64,000 nucleotides of DNA from assembly GCF_964355755.1 (NCBI RefSeq), contig NC_092670.1, positions 16,416,795 through 16,480,794 of the forward strand, read 5' to 3'. The position numbers and the translations under genes are program-made. This DNA comes from Antedon mediterranea (Eukaryota; Animalia; Echinodermata). Shown one piece after another: positions 29,601-44,600 of the stretch (positions are counted from its first letter, which is position 1; the number at the start of each line of letters is the position of its first letter). Below the pieces are notes generated by a model. The model saw only the letters and a program-made list of their open reading frames with translations. It was not told the origin of the DNA and did no database searches.

Positions 29601-32600
29601 AGGCTTGGCAGGAAACTGATGAGGTGGAGCATGTTCCACCAGATAAACATGGCAATGACAGGCATGGATCTTGGACTGTGGACAGGTTAATTAAAACATT
29701 TTACTTTCTAGTTCAATACATTTATTTTTTATCAATACAACACAGGGCTCACACTGGGCTTTATTTTTAATGTATATATATATATATATTTTTTATAAAT
29801 GTTGTATTTTCTATTGTTTGTTATGTGAAATTTGGACCCCATTGGAAATGGGCTGGTTTTTCCGGCCTAATGGGTGTTCCTGATGCTCGTTATTTTGTCT
29901 TTTGTCTGTTTGTTATTTTAATGTTGAGCATCAAATAAATTCAATCAATCAATCAAGATACATATTGTTTCATAATTTTAATTCAGTATTTTGTGAAACA
30001 TCAACTAATAAAACAAGAAAAAGTCTAGCACTTACATTCTTCACAATTAACACCAGTGTAGCAAACTGGACATGTACACTGGAAATTCTGGCAGCCCCTT
30101 TCTACACAAAAACCTCCATTTTCACAAGGGTTAGGCACACATGGTTGAAGCACTACAAAAAATAAAAGTATCCATATGATGAACAATGTTCTTCATAAAG
30201 TATATAAATATTCTCATCAGTTTAAATTGAAGATTAAGACACAACCAAACAGTGCTCATTTGTTGGGGCTGCTTCTTCTTTGAGAAATGGACTATCTTCT
30301 TGAATGTGTACACCAACTAAAATATGTACAATGGACCTCCAGTTTCACTGGAAGACTTGTTCTACTAGAACAATGGTCAAGAAGAGAATTGTGCTGATTT
30401 TATGATTATACTTTGCAAGTAATCCTTCCTTACCCGCTTACTCAACAATATACACACTCCACCCTATAAAAAATGATTTTACTTACCATTTTCACAGCGA
30501 GTACCACTGTTACAGATTCCACAAACACAGAAAAATGATGTACATCCGAATGTCAAACACTGACCACCATTTTGACATGGGTTAGAAAGACATGAATCAG
30601 TACCTTAAAATTAATTGTTTATTAATTATTAATTCATTGCTGTTCCACTGTACTATGTGAACAGTCACAAAAGTTTATATTTAAGTCTTTATCAAGCAAA
30701 ATATGAAAGAGTTTTTCAATATCTAAAAAGTACTGTATATAAAAAAAATGGAGTTTGTTTGGATTATGATAAAACAAAAAAGGGGAAAAACTCACTTATC
30801 TGGCAATGTTCACCCTCAAAACATCCACTACATTGACATGAATATGTGTTGCAGTCAGCACTAATACTACACAGACCATGGTTTACACAAGGACTGTTTT
30901 CACATGGATTGATTGCTAAAAAAAAAAATTCATTCAACTTAATCAAAGAACTTTTAACACAAGAATCTCCTGTTCGTCCGAAGCGCGTAACAATTTCGAA
31001 AGGCATTGTGGGATAGAATAGAGCTATGGGTGGCGCCATTGTGAGTCATAGAGTAGGGCGCCCACATCAAATTAGAAAGTCAAAATCATAGAGGGGATCT
31101 GCTAATACTCTAGGTGGGTAGAGTAATTGACTGAGGAGTAGGGCGCCTGCATCAAATTAGAAAGTCAAAATCATAGAGGGGATCTGCTAATACTCTAGGG
31201 GGGGGGGGGGGGTAGAGTAATTGACTTCCTAGTTTGGAGGGGGCGCTGCTCCATGCTGTGAAATGGCGTCGCCCAGTTTGACCTTTTAACCCTGTACTTC
31301 CGATACTGTGTTTTGAATGCAAATTGAAGAACAGGAGATTCTTGTGTTATAAGTTCTTTGACTTAATTCATAATTAATATCAGGTTTGATAGGACCGTTC
31401 CATGTATTTTGAGGAATGTGCTCTACTTACGTATTTCACAGTTTACTCCAGTAAAACAGCCTTGACAAGCACAAGTATAGGAGTTACAGTTGTTTGTACA
31501 CATTCCACCATTTTGACAAGGACTGCCTCCACAAGCATCAATAACTAAATAAAATCAAAATAAAACCAAATTATCAAACTACCGTAGAAACTTTTAGGGG
31601 CGAATGCAAACAAAAAACAACTATGATTGAAAGGTCAACGTTTGGCTGGGAGCCAGGGGCTATATACTTCCCCTAAAGGCCACCCTCTCTTGTATCAATC
31701 CCTGACATTTTCAAATTAGAAAGCATTGCATAGGGTAAACTACACGAAGAGAGAAAAGACGAAAAGCACTTTTTTTACAGTTACTACTATTATGGTAAAT
31801 TATTATATTAAAACATTAACAAAATAATTAATAATGTAAGCTGCAGCAATTATCCTGTTGATACTCAGTGGCGCAACACAGAGGCCCCTGGTTCAGAAAC
31901 CCTAAGTGGCCTTGCAATGCTGGAGGCCTTAAGATGTTTTCAGACTTTTTTGACGTATTTTAAAGCCTGTTGTTTCCTCTGGGCTCTGCTCAGGGGCCCC
32001 TGTAAGCTCCGGAGCCTCTGGGTTTAGCCAGTGAGCGCTCATAGCCGTTACGCCACTGTGTTTAAATAGGGGAGACAAACAAAATATATCATGTAACCTT
32101 TACTTAATGATAACCTTACCAACTTCACAATTTGGTCCACTAAAACAATTTCCACACAAACATCGCGTGTTGGGACATTCATTGACACAAGTACCCATGT
32201 TAAGACATGGGGTATTTTCTGCACATAAATCTCGAGCTGTAACAACAATGATGTAATAAAATTATTGAAAATACAGTATGCGTGTAGAAGTGTAATTCCA
32301 GAGGGTACTAACAATTAATGTATGTCTGATAAATGTTTTTACATGATTGATTCTTGATTCATGATTTCAAGTGAAATACAGTACATACAAATAATTTAAA
32401 AGAATATCAGCATTACAAACAACGATTAAATGGCCAAATTTTTTATTATTACATATTTAGGAAAATTGTCAAGGATTATTGTGAGCGAATTCATTCACTA
32501 TCCTTCTTAAAATCCTGTTCACAAAAGGACAAACATACACAAGATGCTCTACATAAACAAAGTCTTGTTACAAGTCTTTGGGAGTGGAGTTGTAATTTTT

Positions 32601-35600
32601 CATTAGAAAAAATCCTGACATATGGACTTGAACCTAGGACCCTTGAATTGGTAGCCAAGCATCATAACCACCAAGCCACAACCCCACTCCACTTAATTCA
32701 AATGGGGTGCCTATATTGCAATGTATATTGTACCACAGAGGATGTAACATAAAAAAGAAACAAGTGCAATTGATAAATATACACTCTGTTATCAGTCTGT
32801 ACATCATATTGTAGCAGCATCAGTAGGCCTGCTGGATTAATGCAGGGGTTACATGGGGTCACTCTTACCTGTCTCGCAAAAGTCACCAGTAAAACAAAAA
32901 GGACAATCACAATTGATTGATTGACACTCAGTTGTCATGGAACATACGGCGCCATTCTGACAAAGGTTCTGACTCAAGCAAAGATCGACATCTAGAAAAA
33001 AATGAAGTAAAAACCGAAAAATGTCAAGACTATCAATTTGTCAATATATGGATGGTGATGATGGTAGTGTGGCATTGATGGTTTGATTGATGATGGTGAG
33101 TATGGTAAATGATAATGGAGGTGATGATGATATTCATGCTGATAAACACTGTATTCTACATTATAACATGCTCCAGCATGAGATGAGTGCGATAGAAAAC
33201 TGCATAATGCTAACATATACAAAATTTTGTTAACTTTAAGAATACAAAATATTTCTTCTGTTAATTGATATTTTACTCATTTTTAGCCTTCGTTGATTTT
33301 ATATTTGATTGCTAATTGTGCATATATGTTGATATTTTTTTAATCTGTAAAAATATATATGCATCTCAGCCTTTGACTGCCATGTATGTTTTTTAATTGC
33401 TGAATAAATATACCTTGAATAATAATAAAACAAACTTACTGACTGAACAGCTAGGCCCTGTAAAGCATGGGTCACAAGCACATGTAAACTGTGTACAATC
33501 ACCAGGCACAGCACGGCATTCACCTGCATCTGAGCAAGGTCCACCTGCACACGGATCATCAACTGCAAAGTAAATTTAACATGATATTTAAAAAAAATTG
33601 ATGTGCATAATAACCACAAATAAAGTAGTATAGATTGGAAATAAACTTCAAAAAGATATTCAAAATCATCAACTAGTAATCATTAATAAAGCATACTAAT
33701 AACAGAATATATAAGCGATTATTAAAATAATGAATATTATACTTACAATTTTCACAGAATGTACCACTGTAACATCCTGGACATTGGCATGTAAGGTCAA
33801 TGCATGACCCAGATGTAGGTTGACATACTCCTTGGTTTTGGCATGGACTTACAGCACATTGGTTTATTCCTGTAGAACACAAACATACAAATTACAATGT
33901 TTGAAAAAATCTTACAAAACGAAACTTAGTTCTAAGAAAATTGACTAAATGAATACTTACTTGATGCGCATGTAATACCCTCATAACATGAATCACAGAT
34001 ACACTCAAATGAGAAACAACTCGTCTGTACACACGTTCCACCATTTTCACATTGATTGTTTAAGCATGGGTCTAACACTGTAAACAAAACAATAAGAATA
34101 CCCAATCATTTTTCATAAAGCAGTGTGATATTGGAGACCTAAAATTAGGGTGACAATTTGTTTTCACATCATTCCACTATGCAGTGGAGTAACATAATCA
34201 TTAAGCACACGGTCATATACACATGTGGAGAATGATTCAACAGCTGCCCTAACAATGTAAGTATACGTACATGTCTGACAGTTGGTTGATGTGTAACATC
34301 CAGCACATTGGCATGTATAACTTGTGCATGATCCAGGCACTTGTAAGCATGTTCCTCCGTTACTGCATGGTGCTGCCGTACAAGGATTTATCTCTACAAA
34401 GACAAAAAAAATAAAATTATGTCCACACTATTTAGATGAAGAAAACAGTTATTTTACATTTAAGTTTGATAGTGTAGACAGAGCCTGTGTTCACATCATG
34501 TACTACTGCTAATTATTCACTCACCTGTTTCACAATTGGCTCCTGTAAAACAGCCTTGGCAGATGCATTCATACTGGTTACATGTTCCAGATGATATTGC
34601 ACAGTTGCCGCCGTTCAAACAAGGTGTAGTTGCACATGGATCGGGCACTAAAAGATAATAATTGATTTGATATTTAGTTCCTTGTAAAAGACTCAATTAA
34701 CATGAAGAAAGAAAATGTAGATATATATAAACAATGCTGTGGGTATCAGTGGCTGGATAAACTATAAAATAGTGTGAAAAACTAGAACAACTAAAAACAC
34801 ATGAGGTCATGACAAAATTATGCAGTAACAGTTAACAGTAGATAAATTCAAAATAATACTTACATGTAGCGCATGTCATTCCTGTGTAGCAGCCAACACA
34901 TGTACAGCTAAAAGCTGTACATGATAAAGCAGTGCAAAGTCCTCCATTAGCACATGGGTTGTCACCACAAGGATCTTGCACTGTTGAAAGAAAGAACGAA
35001 TGTTTTACATTGAAATATATGTTAGCCATTCTATAAAAATAATCAGTTAGCCAATCAGCTTGATTGCTTCTCTGTTATCACACACAAATCATAAAATACA
35101 GACTTTTGATTGAATAAACCAGCATTGTGACTGTCTTTAAAATCTGCAAATAGAACTTACAAACAGAGCAGAAAGTCCCAGTGTAACATCCTTGACAAAT
35201 ACAGGTGTATGCATCACATGATCCAGTTGTTCTTTGACAAATTCCACCATTTTCACAAAGGTTTCCGCTGCACTGATCCAAAACTTTAAAAAAAATATAC
35301 ATTATATTTCACAATGTAATTAATGGCAAGAAGAAATGATAGTACAGTATGAAATATTATATTATAGTTACAGTATTATTATTAGTGAAATGGGCAAGTG
35401 GTTATTAGACAGGGGCATGGTTTACCATTTCTAAAGAGCCAACAATCGGCACGGTTTGAGGCAGACTCTCTCCTAGTTCTGGTGGTGGAACAAAGAAAAA
35501 CTATAAACCGCAGGTCCAGTGTACACAGTTTGCCTGTGTGCACTTTAAAGAGCCCAGTTCATCATAGAGACAAGTAAGAGGTTTTGTGAACTTTTTCACA

Positions 35601-38600
35601 AAAAAAGCCACCACCTATCTGATAGGACAGTGATTAATTTACTATTGGTAATCCTTGGCCATGTGCCTAAAGACTTATTAATAATAAATTAAATTATCAT
35701 TAAGTCAGTACTTACATGTACCACATGTACTTCCAATATAACACAATGGGCATTGGCATTCATAATGTATACATGAGTCAGCAACAGGAGAACATGTTCC
35801 AGAATTGAGACATGGATTTACAGCGCACTGATCAATTCCTATAAGACAACAATTAGAAATTATGTATTTATGTTTATATTAAGCAGATGTCAAAGAAAAT
35901 ATTTAGAGAGCGTCCATTGCAACATCTCTCAACATTAACACACTAAGTTTGCCTACATCCTTAGGGTAAATAATTCCTCATCTCCAACGACGTCCAAAAT
36001 GGCTAAAAATTCACAAAGCTACTATTATTATTCATAATTAAATATATAATGTCAGAATTAACCATTATTTATATATAGATAATGTATTATGTATTTGATT
36101 AAACTTTGTATTGTGTGATAGCTATTCAGATTATCTCTCCCATGAAATATGAATATTTTCTACTAGATAGTTTGTACTGAGCTAACAATTTGGTAAAAAG
36201 TTAAGAAACAGACTTACTTGTTTCACAGTTGTTACCAGTATAACATGACTGACACTGGCATTGGTACAGGGTACATGACCCAGGTGTACGGCTACAAAAT
36301 CCTCCATTTAGACATGGATTTGGGCTACACTGGTCCAAAACTAAAAAAATATTAATTAATTTAAGTAGAATTGAGTAATTACATTCACAAGTAAACTAAA
36401 TAACAAACATACATAACATAATTGTCAAGCAAAACAGGCTAAGCATTGAACTTGACTGTTAGTTGATTAAACCAGAAACTGGTGAAACGTGTTACTTGTT
36501 AGTCTTGTATACATATTTATAAATCTGATAACAACAAACAAACATTACACAATATTAATTTTGATTAAAGAAATTGAAATTGAAGACTTACAAATAGTAA
36601 TAGACATCTACAAAATTACACAATATTAATTTTCATCAAAGAAAAAAGACTTACAAACAGCGCAGTTGTCGCTTTCATAACAGTTCTGACACTGGCAACT
36701 ATACTGATCACACGTACCAGCCACTTGGCTACACAATCCCCCAAATAAACATGGAAAGGAGTTACATGGATTTTGTACTGTATAAAAACAAACATTATTA
36801 TTAATAGTAGTATCCCCATTTCCCACTTTCTCTGTGAAAACAAAATTAGAAACAAGTGTTTCTCAAATGATTTGTGTCATATGGGGTCTGTATATCCACC
36901 AAAAAAAGTTCCAGCTCATCTGGTTTGGAAAACCGTCATATTGGATTTTCAGAAAGACCGTGATAAAATACAGATTTTACATATCTCAGCTTCTACATCA
37001 TGTATGGATAAGATTTTGGTGTCAAGGTATATGTTTTGCGGATCAAGGGATCCAAACACAGCATTTGGAAGTTTATAGTGACAGTTTACAAACATAGTAA
37101 TAAACTTTTATATATAAATACATGTTTTTGATAATTTATTCTAACTTACATGTTTCACAGATTGTTCCTGTATAGCATCCAACACATACACATTCATACT
37201 CAGTGCAAGAGCCTGCAACCTGTTGACAAGTGCCTCCATTTAAACATGGGTTAGTCTCACAAGGGTCCGTCACTAAAAGTAAAAAAGCAAACATTACAAT
37301 GATGATGAAAATGTCAACAGTATTTATTTATTTATTCTTTAGTCTTTCATTGCTAAAGAATTGATTTTGTTCAGTATAGTATATCAACATTCTTGAATAA
37401 TTATTAAAAAGTTTTAAAAATAAAAATTATATATAGTTGGCCTAAATATCTTGCTCTGTATTGAACACGAAAATTAGAAATACTTTATGTCAAACATGAA
37501 CAAATGGATAACAATATTTTTTCAAATACTTACAGATTTCGCAGTTGAAACCTCTATAGCAGTTTTGGCACTGGCAAGTGTATGAGGTACAGGAACCATT
37601 AACCGGGGTACAAACACCACCATTTCCACAAGGACTGGTATCGCAGGGGCTAACAGCTAAAAAATAAATTACATCAATTTTGTTACATTAGTGATTTAAT
37701 TAATGTCAATACATGTTGTTTCGATAGTTATTTTAAAAAATAATACATTTTAAATGCATAACTGCTTTTAATATTATAATAAGAATTAAAACTGTACTTA
37801 CGAACTTCACACTGGTCGCCAGAGAAGCAGAGTGGACATTGGCAAGTATAATCCGTACATGATGTTGAGGATGGGACACAAAGACCATTATTCATACACT
37901 GATTTGGGTTACATGGATTACTCACTGAGAACAAAGGTTGATCAATATCAATCAATACAATAATCAATCAAAAGCTATCTATTGTAAATGTCTAAAATAA
38001 CAAAATATCATAAACGATTAATACTGTTTTAATAAATAGTAAATATTATACATCTAACACACAATATTCCAGTTCTACTGTATGTAAATTAACTCCTTAC
38101 ATTCACTACATGTTTCGCCTTCCCAGCATCCTTCACAAGCACATGAAAATTCTGTGCAACTTGTTTCTGTGCAGACACCGTTGTTAGCACATGGACTTGG
38201 TGTGCAGGGTGCAAGCACTGTGGAGAAAATAGTATAAATCATTAAAACAATGATACGTTGAATAGATAATCTTTTTGTGTAAAACAAACCAAGTTTATAT
38301 TTACATAAAAAATGGGAGATGATCAATTTATTAGGTAACTTACGTGTTTCACAGAAAGGTCCATCATAACATCCAACACAAGAGCAGGTGTACTCCGTGC
38401 AAGAGAAAGGAACTACAACACACACTGCACCATTCAAACATGGGTTACCATTATCCTGGCATGGATTCCTCACTGAAACAAACATTGCAATTAGTATTTC
38501 TCACTCTAAGATATATATATATATATTATACCAAAACTAATTAGATGAAGTGCACGCACATTTTAGGTTTATTTGGGAAGGCGGTTCAGTAGAAGCCCTC

Positions 38601-41600
38601 CTTTTGGACACTCCTATTCAGGGGACATTTTGCGGTGAAACTAATGAGAAGCAATGTATATTTTAACACTACAAAACCAACCTCTGTTCAGGGGTATCCT
38701 TAATGAGGAGATACTTTGTTGGCTCCCAATGTGTCCCCTTAAAAAGGTTCTTTTGTAACAGCATGACAATTAATACAAGTAATCAAATATGAACATTCAA
38801 AAGCTTGGCAATAAATATATTAAAATAAATTAAATTAAAAATGAATAAATAATAAGTAATAAACAAAAACATACGTGTTTCACAGTTATTCCCGTAGTAA
38901 CATGATGAACAAGAACACTGGTATTCAGTACAAGAATTGGCTTCCCCAATGCAAATACCTTCATTCAGACACGGTAAATTTGAACAAGGATCTTGTACTA
39001 CAAAAAAAATAATAAACATATCAAACCAGTACATAATTCAATCTTAAAGATGTAAAAGAGCTTTAGAATATAATAATAATTTTATAAATAAATAGCTTAC
39101 ATGTTTCACAAGCTGGTCCGGTATAACAGCCAGCACAAGTACATGTATAGTTAGTACAGCTGCCAACATCAAGAGCACATGCACCTCCGTTACGACAGGG
39201 AAAGTTGCCGCAAGGATCGATAACTGAAAACAAAAAACAGCGACAGTGTTTAATCTATCGCTTTACAATACTGTAGTGCAATCATCATGTGAAAACCATC
39301 AATATAGATAATTATCCAACCCTAGTAATTTAATTTTTTTTAAACAACACAAAATACTTACGAAGCTGACAGTATTGGCCAGAGTAACATCCAGGACAAG
39401 TACAATCAAAGGCATTACAGTCTGTTAGTGAGTTGGTACATATCCCATTGTTTAAGCAAGGATTTGGTGAACATAAGTTCAATTCTACAAAAACAACAAC
39501 CATTATCATTAACATTAATAAATAAATAAATTGTGTGGTTCTGTAAAGAATATCTGATGAATTATAATTAGAGTAAAGCAACTAGATAACAGACAAATCT
39601 TAAACTCTTCCTATAATACCATAGTGCCATATTTCTTTCTCTCTCTAAAGCTCTGTCTACACACTATAAAAAAAATGTGATGTGACCATATATGAACACG
39701 ATGATGTCATGCTACTACCATATTTGGGAACATCATACTAGTTTGATAGTGTAGATATGGCTTTCGGATGCTTGTCTTATTTAGATTTAAATTGTATTCA
39801 AAATCACTTACGATGTTGACATGTACTTCCAGAAAAGCAACCAGTACAGCTGCATGTATATGCTGAACATGATCCAGCCACTCGCTCACAGGTTCCTTGA
39901 TTCTGGCATGGATTGGGAGAACACTGGTTAATTTCTACAAAAAAAATGTTGAAGTAGTGAGAACGAATAGAAGTAAAAACATTGATTTAAACGAATACAT
40001 ACAATAACAACAACTACTGACATGAGTTGTTTTTTTTTTGTGTCTATTTTTTTATAGTAATCAGCACATAGTTGTCTTGACCTTACCAGGTACCGATTTG
40101 TACACCTAAGTGGACAGGCAAACGTAAGTAAAGTTTCTTGCCCAAGGATATAAGCAATGCGACGAGCATGGATTTGAACAGTCAGTCAGTCAGTAGCCTA
40201 ATGCACTTAGACTTACAATGATCATGAATATAAATTAAATCAATGAATAAATTGAATCAGTAAAGTTTACCTGTGGCACATGTGAGGCCCTCATAGCAAC
40301 CAGCACAGCTACATGTATAAGTAGTACAGGACGTAGCCAGACAGAAAGCACCATTCTGACATGGATTAGGAGAGCATGGATCTTGTACTAAAAAACAAAA
40401 ACTTTATTATACACACTATACAGTCTCACAAAATGACCCCTTTAGTATAGTTTCCAGAATGCGTTTTGAAGAATTTAAGACTTTTGCAATCATAATAAAA
40501 TTCAGGATAGTATTTATTTTGTTGTAAATATTTTTGCTTTTGTAGATTTTTTTGCAATTATTTATGCTACTTTTCGTCAAATATATGTTATATTACCATT
40601 TACACTGTTCTATAGTATAAATGGCCTAAACTTAATAAATATATTCTTTTGCATGAGAAAAATGCAATCTTTACAGAATGCATGTTTTGTTACTTGTTGC
40701 GATTGGGTTAAACACCCTTTATTCATTCTCAGTTTATTTAACTTACAAATTTCACAAGTAGGTCCACTGTAACATCCTAAACATGAGCAATCAAAATCAC
40801 CACAAGAATTAACATCTTGAGTACACGTCCCACCAAATCGGCATGGAAATGCCAAACAAGGATTGTTCACTGTAAAAAGAATATGTCAATCAATCAATCA
40901 GTCAACAGTTGATAATAATTTAGTATATGAAAGCAGAAATCATACTATCAAAGATATTTCTTGTTCAACTATCAAAACCTAAAGTAGATGTGTAGACACG
41001 GTTAACATTAAATTACTTTAGGGTAATCATTCAGGTAAGGCCTACTGGGATTGTTCTAGGCCTACTTACAATTTTGACAAAATTCTCCAGTAGCGCAGCC
41101 AACACAGTCACAAGTGTATTGAGAGCAAGATCCAGGCAGTGGAACACATTGACCTCCTTGCTGACAAAGATGGTTCGCACAGGGGTCTTCAACTACAGAT
41201 TGAAAAAAAAATCAAACAAAAGAAATAGAAAAATATCTCAATGGTACCGAGATTACTTCAAAATAGCTCATTAAAGAATATACAATTATTGCACAATATT
41301 TGGTGTACAGTATCTATCGTATAACAATAATTTAATTTTTTTTCTAAAAAGGGTAATGTATAAAAACTAAAGTGTATCATAATTTCAAATGAACTATTAC
41401 ACTAAAAATATACTTGAAAGGCACGTTATTGGATTGTGAATCTTTAACACCATCTTAAAATGTATAACTGATGTCTAAAACAGATTACTTACATATTTGA
41501 CAACTGGCACCAGTGTAACAACCCACACATTGACAGGTGTAAATAGTGCAGGAGCCAATAACAGATGTACATGTTCCTCCATTTTCACATGGGTCATTTG

Positions 41601-44600
41601 AACAAGGATCAACAACTGAAAAATAAACATGAAACAGTATACGATAATTGTGTTTCTAACTACAGTTTAGCAATACAAATACATTCAAAAGTAGGCAATG
41701 TCAGGGCCACTAGGACACATGCTCCTGAACTAATTTTTGATATTTAGTTTTGACAGACTATTAATATTATATGTAAGCTCTTCCCAAGACACACACTAAC
41801 TCTAGAATACTGCATTGCAGGTTGGTAGGCTCTTAGAATCACTTTCTTTTGGTTCAGAACAGTGGAGTATACCAATTTGTGCATAGTCATGGTTTAGGAA
41901 GGCCAAAAGATTTCAAACTTTGTGTATACAAATTTCTTATGCACCCTTGGTATTGTAAAGACATATGTTTACTGTTAACTTCACTTACATTCTTCACAAG
42001 TGGGTCCAGTAAAGCAAGATTGACAGTTACAGGTGTGAGAAGTACAGGTGTCTTGTATGCAAATACCATTGTTCTCACATGGGTTTGGATTACAAGGTTC
42101 TTGCACTATAAAAACAAAAAAAATCACATTATCACAGGATATATACTTTTATATGAAATATTTATAGATACTTTATGGTTAAAAATGTAAATTAATTAAA
42201 TTAACTTTTCAATAAACATATCAATGCATGTTTATTTATACATGTTTTACATGTATAATTGTAAAAGAATGATACTCACATGTCTCGCAATTATCTCCAG
42301 TATAACAGCCGCTACACTGACAGAAAGTGCCATCACATGTGCCAGAAAGAATACTGCAGATTCCACCAGACTGACATGGGTTAGGAATACAAGGATCGAT
42401 GACTGGAGGAAACAAAGAGAAAGGGATTTGATAATAGGATACCCAAGTTACAATTATAACCAAGGAACTCATGATAATTCATTGTGGAATTGCAGAGACT
42501 TTGGGAAATGCTTCCTTATATGACCATTAAAATAACGTTGATAACTTACATTGCTCACAAAGTTGGCCTCTATAACAACTGGAGCATACACAGTCGTACT
42601 CGGTACAGGAGCCTGCCCTCTGTTGACAAGTACCACCATTCAAACAAGGACTAGATGAGCATGGATCTAGCACTGTAACAAAAACAAATTGAATTAACTT
42701 TATATTCAGTAAATGATGCCATAAAATGATATAGTCTCTACCAACCAATACAAAACATTATAATAAAAATATCTCAAATATATTTTGAAAGGTACTTACA
42801 TGTTTCACAATTAGTTCCAGAATAGCATCCAACACAATTGCACTGGAAGGCTGTACATGACAGTTCATTACATGTTCCACCATTCAGGCAATCTACACCA
42901 TCACATGCATTTAACACTGAAACAAACAAAAAATAGAATCCAAGTTCCAAATTGACCAAATTTTACAGATCTAATGCCTTTTCTTACAGCAATGGAACAC
43001 CCCATCAATATTGAGGAGTTAAAACTTGATAAAAATAAATTTAAAATACTTACACGTGAGACATGTTGTTCCAGTGTAGCAATTCTGACAAGTACATGTG
43101 TAACCAGAACAATCAGAATTTTCGATACAAATACCAAAGTTGTTGCACGGATTAGATGAACAAATATCAATACCTACAAAAAAAAGAAAACATTATTTTA
43201 TTTCTATATCCTATTTTGTTCATGAAAATACAGAATTATAAGTATAGAATCTTTTTTTGTATATCTTGTAGTGAGTAGGAATGGCATTACAAAATATTAT
43301 CTGGATCTTAATGTCTAGCAGCATATGTGAATGCATGACAAGAAGATAACATACAATGTATACATTAGTAATAATAGTGTATCTTTCTTAAGGTAGATAA
43401 TAATTTTAGATTGTAAACTTACGTGTTTGGCACATATCTCCTGTAAAACAGGCAGCACACTCACATGTGAGATCAACACATGAATTTAGGCTAGGGACAC
43501 AATTACCCCCATTCTCACAAGGATTGTTCTGGCACTGGTCAACAGCTGAAAATAATTAAAAATATATATTGGGATATTTATTCATTCATAATACAAAAAT
43601 CTGAAACATATAATGATACAATATATAGAATCTATTTTGAATTGCCAAATTGTTTATGGCCATTATAAAATGTATACAAAAAAAGTATAAAACATTATTT
43701 TGTAGGCATATTGCTAAATATCGAAAACTAATGTTTCTATTATAAATAAATAAGCTTTTTATTATAAAGAATTTGGGAGAAATAAGAACATGGAATTCGT
43801 AAGCTTTTGAACAACCAGGCTAAATTAAATACTTTTTTAAATCCTTTGAAAAACCTAATATTTTAGGCAAACACAAATTGTGAGTTGAATGCAATGATAT
43901 ATACTTACTGTACTGGCATTCAGGACCATAATGACATGAGTCGCATGTGCAAACCGCAGATAAACAGAAAGTGGAGCTGGTCGTGCAAATGCCACCGTTC
44001 TGACAAGGTGCATCTTGACAGGGATCAATAGCTGAAAAACATAAATAAATAATTTACAATTTGTTTGTAAAATACAAATAAATTACTTTAATTTAATATA
44101 TCTGTTTTATAGTTTAATTTATCTTGTTTGAAATTAGGAACAATTACTGAAAATACATAATGAATAACCTTGTAATTTTTTTGATATTTGTTACAAACTA
44201 TGCTCCTTTATGAGTTAGTAGTTTTTTTTGAAAAAACCCCAAAATTAGCGAAATTAACCTGCTCCTTTATGTTTAGCTAATATTACAACTAGTTCAATAT
44301 ACTTTGGAACAGCTCTATTAAAGAGACATTTTCCTGTGAAATGAACAGGGGGCAATATATGTTTTAGCACTATGGTTAACCCCTATCAAAATGAAACCCC
44401 TCATTTGGTACTAAAGCTGATCACTTACCAATATCACAATTGACACCTTCAAAGCAGAAGTTACAGCTACAGGTGTATTCTTGACATGAGTTTGTCGCAC
44501 TAGCCACACACACACCATTAACACACGGCGACGCACTACATGGATCAAGTACTGAAAGAAACAAAATTACAAAGAATTAGCCTTTGTGGTTGCAGATGGA

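Noticed and set aside
36866-37075. Overlapping plus-strand ORFs of 101 and 87 aa
   Set aside because: No recognisable domain. The stretch looks like a fragment of an interspersed repeat whose family I cannot support from sequence alone.
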